64,000 nt of DNA from Thermoanaerobaculia bacterium (GTDB taxonomy: Bacteria; Acidobacteriota; Thermoanaerobaculia; UBA5066; Gp7-AA6). The stretch lies in contig DASXAG010000047.1 in NCBI GenBank assembly GCA_036406835.1, positions 6,436 through 70,435 on the forward strand, read 5' to 3'. Made by a program: the position numbers and the translations under genes. This document shows, one piece after another, positions 49,383 through 57,807 of this stretch (positions are counted from its first letter, which is position 1; each line of letters opens with the position of its first letter). The notes under the pieces are model-generated. The model did no database searches. It saw only the letters and a list, made by a program, of their open reading frames with translations, and was not told where the DNA came from.

Positions 49383-49913
49383 CTACGGGGAGGCGGCGGG
49401 CTTCTTCTTCGCCTCCTTCAGGAACTCGACCAGCGCCGCGCGGCCGCGGTAGCCCTCGATCTTCGCGATCAGACGGCCGTCGGGAGACGCGGCGACGAGC
49501 GTGGGGAAGCCGGAGACCTCGAAGCGCTGCTGCAGCGCGTCGATGTCGGCGGGATTCTTGCCGTCCTCCCGCTGGCGGTCGATGACCCGGGCCGGGACGA
49601 AGCCGTCGTTGACGGTCTCCGCGATCGTCGGGTCCTCCCAGTCCTTGTCGAGAAGCTTGCACGGGCCGCACCAGGCGGCGGAGAAGTCGTAGAGGATCGG
49701 CTTGCGCGAGACGAGGGCGATGGCGGCCGCCCGCTCGCGGGGCTGCCAGCCGACCATCCCGCCGCCCTCGCCCGCGTGCGAGGGGCGGTCGAGAATGCCG
49801 GTCGCGATCCGGAAGACCGCCGCCGCCGCGAGCGCCCACAGGAGGACGCTCGAGATCCGCGACTGCGACTGCGGGCGCGCGCTCCCGGGCGCGGAGACCT
49901 CAATCCCGTCCAT
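49383..49913 (-). CDS. membrane-anchored thioredoxin-like protein
   Basis: Track ORF 49383..49919. One TM segment, then the FSAAWCGPCK active site. ATG 49913 overlaps the upstream permease gene by 14 nt. Confidence 0.8.
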   Translation of the reverse strand: MDGIEVSAPGSARPQSQSRISSVLLWALAAAAVFRIATGILDRPSHAGEGGGMVGWQPRERAAAIALVSRKPILYDFSAAWCGPCKLLDKDWEDPTIAETVNDGFVPARVIDRQREDGKNPADIDALQQRFEVSGFPTLVAASPDGRLIAKIEGYRGRAALVEFLKEAKKKPAASP

Positions 49914-50619
49914 AGGCAAACTCCCTCCGGCTGAACACGAGATCCGCGAGCACGAGGTACCCGACGACCGCGAGCAGCCACCGGCCCGTGGGCTCGGCGA
50001 GCAGGTGTCGTCCGGAGAACGCCTCGCCCCAGTCCATGTCCGGCATCAGGTTCTGGCGCAGGAAGGTGCCGACCTTCTCGATCACGGGCGCCTGGAAGAT
50101 CCGGGCGGCGGCGGTGGGCAGGGCGAGCATGCCGCCCAGCAGGATGTAGCCGAGCACGTCGCCGTAGCCCGGCAGGAACGTCGAGAGCAGGAGGATGGGC
50201 GCCGCCATCGCCGCCGCCGTCAGCATCGATCCGGCGGCGCCGCGTCCGAGCGTGGCGAGGGAGACGGCCGTGGGAGCGGCCCCGATCAGCGGGAGGACGC
50301 GGGAGATCACCAGGGCGAGCCCGCAGCAGGCCAGGAGAAACGCGCCGTAGCCGGCGAGCACGCCGACGTAGCGGCCCATGAGGTAGTCGGTGCGGCGGAT
50401 CGGCCGGCAGAGGATCATCTGGAGCGCGCCGCTCGACTCGTCCTTCGAGACGCACGCCGCGGCCAGGATCAGGAGCGCCAGCGTGCCGGACTCGAAGCCG
50501 CTCTCGCCGCCGCTCATCGCGAGCGGTCCGGCGGACAGGAGCGCCAGCGCGGACAGCGCGACGACCACGCCGACGCTGTGGAACTTCTGCCGGAGGTAGC
50601 GGCGGATCATCTCGATCAT
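49900..50619 (-). CDS. ABC-2 type transporter permease
   Basis: Track ORF. 6 TM helices. The ATG overlaps the ATPase stop (ATGA). Confidence 0.7.
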   Translation of the reverse strand: MIEMIRRYLRQKFHSVGVVVALSALALLSAGPLAMSGGESGFESGTLALLILAAACVSKDESSGALQMILCRPIRRTDYLMGRYVGVLAGYGAFLLACCGLALVISRVLPLIGAAPTAVSLATLGRGAAGSMLTAAAMAAPILLLSTFLPGYGDVLGYILLGGMLALPTAAARIFQAPVIEKVGTFLRQNLMPDMDWGEAFSGRHLLAEPTGRWLLAVVGYLVLADLVFSRREFAYGRD

Positions 50620-51545
50620 GACGGGCGCGGCTCCCCGTCGGTCTCGCGGAACAGCTCCTCGAGCTCCGCGGAGGCGCGCACCTCGAGCACGGCGACGTCG
50701 GCCAGGGCCAGGGCCTTCACGGCGGCGGCCACCCGTTCCTCGGAGGTCTCCGCGAGGCGTACGACGCCCGCTTCGTTGGTCGCGGGCTCGGCGGCGACAC
50801 CCGCGGCGGCGAGCACGCGGATCGCCTCCTCGAGCCGGTCGGGCGGGACGCGCACCGCCGTCCTCCGGCGCGTCGCGGCCTGGCCCTGGAGCGTCTCGTC
50901 GCGGGTCAGCCGGCCGTGGTCGATGAAGACGACGCGGTCGCAGACGCGCTCGACCTCGGAGAGCTGGTGGGAGTTCAGCACGATCGTCGCGCCGCGCCGC
51001 TTCGCCTCCAGGATCCGCTCGCGCACGATCGCGACGCCCAGCGGATCCGTGCCCGACGCGGGCTCGTCCAGGAAGAGGAGATCGGGGTCGTTCAGCATCG
51101 CCTGGGCCACGCCGATCCGCTGGAGCATGCCGCGCGAGTAGGTGCGCAGCCGCTTCGAGAGCGCGGAGGGCTCGAGACCGACCGCCTGCGCGGCGGCGGC
51201 CACGCGTTGCGGCGTCTGATCCGGATCGCCGCCGGTCAGGCGCCAGTGGAACGCGAGGAAGTCCGCGCCGGTCGAGTCCCGGTCGAAGCCCAGCCGCTCC
51301 GGCATGTAGCCGCTGCGCGCGCGGGTGCGCAGGTCGTCGACCGGCCGCCCGTCGATGAGAACCGTCCCCGAGTCCGGCCGGAGGAATCCGAGGAGCACCG
51401 ACAGGAGCGTCGTCTTCCCGGCGCCGTTCGGACCGATGAGGCCGACCGTCTCGCCGCGGCGCACCTCGAGGCTGACACCGTCGAGCGCGCGGGTCCGCCG
51501 GCCGAAGCGGCCGTACGTCTTCGAGACGTTCGCGACGGAAATCAC
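50616..51545 (-). CDS. ABC transporter ATP-binding protein
   Basis: Track ORF. GPNGAGKTT Walker A, YSRGMLQR signature, LLFLDEP Walker B. GTG start. Confidence 0.88.
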   Translation of the reverse strand: MISVANVSKTYGRFGRRTRALDGVSLEVRRGETVGLIGPNGAGKTTLLSVLLGFLRPDSGTVLIDGRPVDDLRTRARSGYMPERLGFDRDSTGADFLAFHWRLTGGDPDQTPQRVAAAAQAVGLEPSALSKRLRTYSRGMLQRIGVAQAMLNDPDLLFLDEPASGTDPLGVAIVRERILEAKRRGATIVLNSHQLSEVERVCDRVVFIDHGRLTRDETLQGQAATRRRTAVRVPPDRLEEAIRVLAAAGVAAEPATNEAGVVRLAETSEERVAAAVKALALADVAVLEVRASAELEELFRETDGEPRPS

Positions 51546-51675
51546 TCGCGGGACATCATACGGGTTCTCCGATCCCTTCCGGGAATTCGCGGGCCGACTT
51601 TTCGGGAATATGGTTTATCCTTCCGCGATTTCTTAACCCGGCCCGGACCTCGGATTCGCAGATCCCGGCAATCGC

Positions 51676-52686
51676 ATGATTGAAGTTCAGAGCCTGACGA
51701 AGAAGTACCCCACGCGGCTCGCCGTGGACGACGTGACCTTCTCGGTTCGTCAGGGCGAGATCGTCGGCTTCCTCGGGCCCAACGGCGCCGGGAAGACCAC
51801 CACGATGCGGGTGATCACGGGCTTCCTCCCGCCGACGTCGGGCGCCGCGCGCGTCGCGGGCCACGACGTCGCGACCGAGCCGACCGCGGCCCGCTCCGCC
51901 CTCGGCTATCTTCCCGAGTCGGCGGCCGTCTACCCGGAGCTGCGCGTGCGCGAGTACCTGTCGTTCCGCGCGCGCCTCGAGGGCGTCTCCGGCGCCGACG
52001 TGCGGAAGCGGGTGGACGAAGCCCTCGACCGCTGCCTCCTCGGCGAGGTCGCCGATCGCAAGATCGACAACCTCTCGAAGGGCTTCCGGCAGCGAACGGC
52101 GCTGGCGGGAGCGCTCGTCCATCAGCCTCCGGTGCTGATCCTCGACGAGCCCACGATCGGGCTCGATCCCGTCCAGATCATCAAGGTCCGCGAGACCATC
52201 CGGGAGCTTTCGCGCGACCGGGCGGTCCTGCTCTCGACGCACATCCTGCCGGAGGTCGAGGCGGTCTGCGACCGCGTCCTGATCATCGACCGCGGACGCA
52301 TCGTCGCCGAGGGGACGCCGGCCGACCTGAGGTCGAGGCTCGCCGGCGCGCCCGTCGTCCGCGTCGCGTTCAAGGGAACCGTGCCGGCGGCCGACCTCTC
52401 CGGGATTCCGGGCGTGGCCGGCGTCGAGTCGGAAGGCGACTCGTCCGAGACGCGCGCGCGCGTGACGTGCGCGCCGGGCCAGGATCCGCGCGAGGAGATC
52501 TTCCGCATGGCGGTCGCGCGCGGGTGGGTGCTCCGCGAGCTGACGCGCCAGGCGATGTCGCTCGAGGACGTCTTCGTGCGGCTGACGCGCCACGAGCCGG
52601 CGGTCGGCGAGGCGGACGCGGCCGCCCGGGTCGCGGCCGAGGAGCCCGACGCCGCGCCGGCGCCGGCCGAGGAGCCGCCGCAGTGA
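51676..52686 (+). CDS. ABC transporter ATP-binding protein (GldA-like)
   Basis: Track ORF. GPNGAGKTTT, LSKGFRQR, LILDEPT. Confidence 0.9.
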   Translation: MIEVQSLTKKYPTRLAVDDVTFSVRQGEIVGFLGPNGAGKTTTMRVITGFLPPTSGAARVAGHDVATEPTAARSALGYLPESAAVYPELRVREYLSFRARLEGVSGADVRKRVDEALDRCLLGEVADRKIDNLSKGFRQRTALAGALVHQPPVLILDEPTIGLDPVQIIKVRETIRELSRDRAVLLSTHILPEVEAVCDRVLIIDRGRIVAEGTPADLRSRLAGAPVVRVAFKGTVPAADLSGIPGVAGVESEGDSSETRARVTCAPGQDPREEIFRMAVARGWVLRELTRQAMSLEDVFVRLTRHEPAVGEADAAARVAAEEPDAAPAPAEEPPQ

Positions 52687-53423
52687 GGAAGCTCTTCGCG
52701 ATCGTGGGCCGCGAGTGGCGCGCGTACTTCCTGTCGCCCCTCGGCTACGTCATCCTCGCCGCGTTCCTCCTGGTCAACGGCTACATCTTCTCGTTCATCG
52801 TGAACTACCTGAACTCGCCGGGCACGCCGAAGGGCCAGGCGCTCCAGTACCTCTTCACGAACTCCTTTTTCTGGTTCTACACGCTGTTCATCGTGCCGGT
52901 CATCGCGATGCGGCTGTTCGCGGAGGAGCGCAAGGCGGGGACGCTCGAGGTCCTGCTCACCTCGCCCGTCACCGAGACGACCGTCGTCCTCGGAAAGTTC
53001 CTGGGCGCTCTCGGCTTCTACCTTTCGCTGTGGCTCCCGACGCTCGTGTACGTCGCGATCCTGCGGAGCCAGACGCCGGTCGATCCCGGTCCGGTCGTGG
53101 CGTCGTACCTGGCGATCGCGCTCATCGGCGGCTACTTCCTGTCGATCGGCGTCTTCGCGTCCACGCTGACGAAGAACCAGATCATCGCCGCGATCCTGAC
53201 GTTCGCGATGCTCATCGTGGTCTTCTCGGCGGGCCTCCTCGAGAACCTGGCGACCGACCCGAAGCGGCGCGAGATGCTGGGCTACTTCAACCTCTGGGAG
53301 CACATGGACGAGTTCACCAAGGGCGTCGTGGACACGCGCCGCGTCGTCTACTACCTGTCGGCGACCGCGTTCTTTCTGTTCCTGACCGTCGTGTCCATTT
53401 CCGCCAAGAAGGAGACGCCGTGA
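52683..53423 (+). CDS. ABC-2 transporter permease (GldF-like)
   Basis: Last 246 codons of track ORF 52467..53423. GTGA overlap with the upstream gene. EERKAGTLEVLLTSP motif, 6 TM helices. Confidence 0.8.
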   Translation: MRKLFAIVGREWRAYFLSPLGYVILAAFLLVNGYIFSFIVNYLNSPGTPKGQALQYLFTNSFFWFYTLFIVPVIAMRLFAEERKAGTLEVLLTSPVTETTVVLGKFLGALGFYLSLWLPTLVYVAILRSQTPVDPGPVVASYLAIALIGGYFLSIGVFASTLTKNQIIAAILTFAMLIVVFSAGLLENLATDPKRREMLGYFNLWEHMDEFTKGVVDTRRVVYYLSATAFFLFLTVVSISAKKETP

Positions 53424-54877
53424 AGGCCCGTGCCGCGCGCGCGGGCGCCTCCGCGATCGGGATCCTCCTCGCCGCCGCCCTGCTGGTCGGCGTCAACTAC
53501 CTCTCGTCGCGCCACTGGAAGCGCGGGGACTGGACGCGAACCAAGATCTTTTCGCTCTCCGAGAAGACCCTCAAGATCCTGGCGGACCTGAAGCAGCCGG
53601 TCCGCGTCACGGTGTTCATGACGCCGCGGTCCAGCATGTACGCGGAAGTGCGCGAGCTCCTGTCGCGATACCAGGCCGCCTCGCCCAAGATCGAGGTGGA
53701 GTACCTGGATCCGCAGCGCAACCGGGCGCGCGCGGAGGCCCTCGTCCGCGAGCTCGGCGTCCGCGCGGAGACCGTGGTGTTCCGCTCCGGCGACCGCAAG
53801 AAATACGTCGAGAACGACAAGCTCGCCGACATGGACTACTCCGGCATGCAGATGGGCGCGGCGCCGACGGTCAAGGCGTTCAAGGGCGAGGACGCGTTCA
53901 CGTCGGCGATCCTGACCGTGACCGAGGACAAGCCCACCCGCGTGGCCTTCTCGAAGGGACACGGGGAGGCCGCGATCGACTCGGGGGACCGCGACCGGGG
54001 CTATGCCGACGCGAAGACGCTCCTCGAGCACGACAACCTGACGGTGTCGAGCTTCGACTCGCTGGGCAAGGACGCGATCCCGACCGACGCCGACGTCGTG
54101 ATCGTGGCCGGTCCGAAGACGGCGTTCCTCGCGCCGGAGGCCGGCGCGCTCCAGAAGTACCTCGCGAACGGCGGCAAGGCCCTCATCCTGCTTGACCCGG
54201 TCCTGCCCGGCGCGGGCGCTCCGCCGCCGGACTTCGGGCTGAAGGCGATCCTCGACGCCTATGGCGTCAAACTCGGCAACGACCTCGTCGTGGACCCCGC
54301 CAACGCGCTGCCCATGGTCGGCGCCGAGACGGTCCTCGCCAACAAGTACGGCAACCATCCCATCGTGCGGTCGCTCTCCTCGGAGGGCCTGCCCCTGATC
54401 CTTCCGCTCGCGCGTTCGGTGACGAAGGCCGAGAAGCCTCCCGACGGCGTCGCGGAGACGATGCTCGTCGAGACCTCGCCGGAGGGCTGGGGCGAGACGA
54501 ACCTCGCGCAGCTCGAGGGCGGGATCAAGAAGGAGCCCGGCGACACGCAGGGCCCGGTCTCGCTGGCCATCGCCGTCGGCCCCGCGGACGAGAAGAAGGC
54601 CGACAGCAAGGTCCCCCGGATCGTCCTCGTCGGCAACTCGCGCTTCGCCGGCAACGCGTCGCTCGCCAACGGCGCCAACGGCATCTTCTTCGCCAACATC
54701 GTGCACTGGCTGGCGGGAACCGAGAAGCAGATCGGCATCGCTCCGAAGACTCCGGAGCAGGCGTCCGTCGCGCTCAGCGACGGCCAGGTCCGGCGCATCT
54801 CGATCGCCTCGATCGTGGGCCTGCCGGGACTCGCCATCCTGCTGGGCGTCTGGGTCTGGTTCAAGCGGCGCGACTAG
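53420..54877 (+). CDS. GldG-like ABC transport auxiliary protein
   Basis: Last 485 codons of track ORF 52715..54877. GTGA overlap with the upstream gene. N- and C-terminal TM anchors flank a large periplasmic domain. Confidence 0.78.
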   Translation: MKARAARAGASAIGILLAAALLVGVNYLSSRHWKRGDWTRTKIFSLSEKTLKILADLKQPVRVTVFMTPRSSMYAEVRELLSRYQAASPKIEVEYLDPQRNRARAEALVRELGVRAETVVFRSGDRKKYVENDKLADMDYSGMQMGAAPTVKAFKGEDAFTSAILTVTEDKPTRVAFSKGHGEAAIDSGDRDRGYADAKTLLEHDNLTVSSFDSLGKDAIPTDADVVIVAGPKTAFLAPEAGALQKYLANGGKALILLDPVLPGAGAPPPDFGLKAILDAYGVKLGNDLVVDPANALPMVGAETVLANKYGNHPIVRSLSSEGLPLILPLARSVTKAEKPPDGVAETMLVETSPEGWGETNLAQLEGGIKKEPGDTQGPVSLAIAVGPADEKKADSKVPRIVLVGNSRFAGNASLANGANGIFFANIVHWLAGTEKQIGIAPKTPEQASVALSDGQVRRISIASIVGLPGLAILLGVWVWFKRRD

Positions 54878-54898
54878 GGTCGTCGAAGGAAGCCTCGC

Positions 54899-56293
54899 GT
54901 GTCTCCGAAGAAGCTGATCGCCCTGACCGCCGTGGTGGCGGTGCTCTTCGCGTTCATCGTGTTCTTCGAGCGCAAGATGCCCACGACGGCCGAGCGCGAG
55001 CGCAAGGGCGATCTCTACTGGGACATCCCCTCCGACCGCGTCGACCGCATCACGCTCACGCGAGGCGCGGAGAAGCTGGAGTTCCAGCGCGCGGACGCCA
55101 CGCACTGGAAGATGACGCTTCCCCAGAAGTATCCGGCGGAGTCGTTCGTCGTCTCGTCGCTCGCGACCGATCTCGCCGCCATGAAGCGTTCGGGCGACGA
55201 GGCGCCGGACGCGAAGCCGGCCGACTACGCGCTCGACAAGCCGGTCGCGACGGCGAGCTTCGAATGGACCGAGGCGGACGATCCGAACCCGAAGGCCCGC
55301 AAGACGCGGACGGTCGAGTTCGGCGCCGAGGTCCCGGGCACCGACATGGTCTCGGCCCGCCTCGCGCACTCGGACAAGGTGCTCTTCGTGCCCTCGTCCG
55401 TTCTCGCGAGCGTCAAGAAGAACGCCGACGACTTCCTGAGCAAGGACGTTTTCGGAGAGCCCGCGTCGGACGTCAACCGCATCGAGATCCTGCGCGGCCG
55501 CGGCCGCCTGGTCCTCATCCGCAAGAACGGGACGTGGTGGCTCTCCGAGCCGCTCTCCGACCTGGCGGACTCGCAGGAGGCCGACCGGCTCGCCGGACAG
55601 CTCGCGGCCCTGCGCGCGCGCGAGTTCGTCCGCGGCGGCGTCGATCTCGCGGCGCAGGGCCTGAACCCGCCGCTCTTCCACGTCGCGGTGACCGACGCGA
55701 AGGGGGGGACCGTCGCGGTCGACTTCGGCGCCACGAAGTCGGACGGCAGCGCGATGTACGCCCAGCGGGACGGGCAGGTCCTGGTCATCGACCGCGAGAT
55801 CGTGGACGACCTCTCGAAGGAGGCCGTCGCGTTCCGCAGCAGCCGGCTGGTCGACTTCAACCGCACCGACGCGACCGCGCTCGACGGCGTCTTCGGCAAG
55901 ACGACGTACGCGCTGGTCCAGAAGGACGGCGGTTGGACGGCGGGCGGCCACGCGATCCTGGCCCCCGCGGCGGACGACGTCGAGTCGGCGCTCCTCGATG
56001 CCCAGAGCAAGGGCTTCCTGGACGAGGCCGAGGCGAAGGGCCTCGGTCCCGCCGAGGCGACCGTGACCGTGAAGACGAAGGCCGAGCTGAAGGCGGAGCC
56101 GTGGGTGCTGACGCTCTACCCGCGGTCGGGCGGCGCCGCGGCGAGGGTCTCCGGGCGCCCCGGGGCGTTCGCGGTGGATCCGGGCCTGGCGGCCCGGCTG
56201 GAGGACGCCTTCCGGAAGGCGACGTCGCCCCCGCCCACGGCGGCGCCGACGAAGGCCCCCGAGCCGACGAAGGGCAAGCCGGCGAAGCCCTGA
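54899..56293 (+). CDS. DUF4340-like anchored periplasmic protein
   Basis: Track ORF. GTG behind AGGAAG. N-terminal TM. The position after the GldG-like gene is typical for DUF4340. Pro/Ala/Lys tail. Confidence 0.65.
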   Translation: MSPKKLIALTAVVAVLFAFIVFFERKMPTTAERERKGDLYWDIPSDRVDRITLTRGAEKLEFQRADATHWKMTLPQKYPAESFVVSSLATDLAAMKRSGDEAPDAKPADYALDKPVATASFEWTEADDPNPKARKTRTVEFGAEVPGTDMVSARLAHSDKVLFVPSSVLASVKKNADDFLSKDVFGEPASDVNRIEILRGRGRLVLIRKNGTWWLSEPLSDLADSQEADRLAGQLAALRAREFVRGGVDLAAQGLNPPLFHVAVTDAKGGTVAVDFGATKSDGSAMYAQRDGQVLVIDREIVDDLSKEAVAFRSSRLVDFNRTDATALDGVFGKTTYALVQKDGGWTAGGHAILAPAADDVESALLDAQSKGFLDEAEAKGLGPAEATVTVKTKAELKAEPWVLTLYPRSGGAAARVSGRPGAFAVDPGLAARLEDAFRKATSPPPTAAPTKAPEPTKGKPAKP

Positions 56294-56315
56294 CGGCTTC
56301 GGTCTTCTGGAGCCT

Positions 56316-57755
56316 CTAGCGCCGTCTGCCGGTCTGGTGGGGCGACCGCTTCTCCGCCTCCGCCTCGAGCTCCGCGATCCGCTTCTGGCGCTTGGACTCC
56401 TTCTCGTCGGCCGCCTTGGTCTTCTTCTCCTTGGCCTTCGAGAAGCTCGTGGACAGCGAGAACAGGAGGCTCTTGCCGGCGGGGGCCTTGGCCTTCCGGG
56501 CGGTGGCGCCCCAGAATTTCGTCTTCTTGAACTTCGCCTCGGTGAAGTCCGAGTTGGCCAGGTCGGCGCCGGACAGGTCCGCGTTCGCGAAGTTCGCTCC
56601 GATCGCCCGAGCGAACCGGAGATCCGCCTCCTGGAGGTTGGCGTCCTCGAAGTTGGCGCTGATCAGGAGGGAGCCCGAGAGGTCGGCGTCGAACGCCTTG
56701 CAGCCCGAGAGGTCGGCCCGTTTCAGGTTGGCGAGCCGGAAGTTCGCGAGGGAGAGGTCCGCGCGCGAGAAGTTCACGCCCTCGGCCTGCACCTCGGAGA
56801 AGTCGGCGTTGGCCATCGAGGCGGCGACGAAGGAGTAGGCCTTGAGGCTCGCGCGCCGCAGGATCGCCTTGGCCATGTCGGCGCCGTGGAAGCTGGCCTT
56901 CTCGAACTTGGCGGTTCGCAGGTCCACCTCGTGCAGCTTGGCCTCGGCGAAGCTGACGTCGGTGCCGCCCGCGTCCAGGAAGACGGCGCGCTTCAGGTCG
57001 GCCTTCCGGAGCTTCGCGCGGTCGAAGCCCGCGCTGGTGAAGTTGGCCTCGACCGCCGACAGGAGCTCCATGTCCGCGTCGGTGAACTCGGCGCGCTCGC
57101 AATCGGCGGCGTTGAGCGCGGCCTGCCGGAGGATCGCGCCGCCGAAGTTGGCGCGCCGCAGGTCGGACCCGGAGAGGTCCGCGGTCTTCAGGTTGGCCCC
57201 GGTGAAATTCGCGTTGGGGAAGGATCCGCCGATCGCCGCGAGGCCCTCGAACGTGGCACGGGTGAGGTCCGCGCCGTCGAACGAGGTGTCGGCCATCTTG
57301 ACGCCGCGGAAGTTGACGTCCTTCAGGATGGCGCCCGCCAGGTTCGCCTTGGACAGGTCCGCGCCCTCCAGGTGGGTCCGGCTGAGGTCCGCGCCCGCGA
57401 AGTCCGCGCCGACGAGCGTGCAGCTCTGCATCGAGGCCGTGCGCAGCCGCGCGCCGGCGAAGAACACGCCGGAGAAATCCAGGAAGTCGAGCACGCAGCT
57501 CTCGAAGACGGCGCCCGGCGCCTGCATGCCCGCGAACTTCGCGCCGAGGAACGTCGCGCGCGTGAAGTCCGTGCCGGCGACGGTGGCCCCGGAGAGGTCC
57601 GCCCGCGTGAGGTCCGCGCGCTTGAGGTCCTTGCCGGAAAGGTCCTTCTTCGTCAGATCCGCGCCCGTGAGGTCCGGCGTGACGTTGGGATTCTTGGTGC
57701 GCCAGTCGTTCCACTCGGGAGTCAGCAGAAGACGCGCGTGCTCGGGATTCGCCAT
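56316..57755 (-). CDS. pentapeptide-repeat protein (~479 aa) with Lys-rich C-terminal tail
   Basis: Track ORF 56316..57845 trimmed to ATG 57755. About 400 aa of continuous A(D/N)LxG-type pentads (ADLSGATVAGTDFTRATFLGAKF...), then KAKEKKTKAADEKESKRQKRIAELEAEAEKR. Confidence 0.85.
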   Translation of the reverse strand: MANPEHARLLLTPEWNDWRTKNPNVTPDLTGADLTKKDLSGKDLKRADLTRADLSGATVAGTDFTRATFLGAKFAGMQAPGAVFESCVLDFLDFSGVFFAGARLRTASMQSCTLVGADFAGADLSRTHLEGADLSKANLAGAILKDVNFRGVKMADTSFDGADLTRATFEGLAAIGGSFPNANFTGANLKTADLSGSDLRRANFGGAILRQAALNAADCERAEFTDADMELLSAVEANFTSAGFDRAKLRKADLKRAVFLDAGGTDVSFAEAKLHEVDLRTAKFEKASFHGADMAKAILRRASLKAYSFVAASMANADFSEVQAEGVNFSRADLSLANFRLANLKRADLSGCKAFDADLSGSLLISANFEDANLQEADLRFARAIGANFANADLSGADLANSDFTEAKFKKTKFWGATARKAKAPAGKSLLFSLSTSFSKAKEKKTKAADEKESKRQKRIAELEAEAEKRSPHQTGRRR

Positions 57756-57764
57756 TCTCGGGGC

Positions 57765-57800
57765 ATTGTAACCGGGCGCACCGCGCGGTCGCGTTACAAT
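57765..57800. promoter_or_regulatory. mirror-symmetric divergent promoter: ATTGTAAC-N20-GTTACAAT
   Basis: Perfect 8-bp inverted repeat. Each arm carries TACAAT, 9 nt from ATG 57755 on the minus strand and 7 nt from ATG 57808 on the plus strand. Confidence 0.45.
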
Positions 57801-57807
57801 CGTTGTG

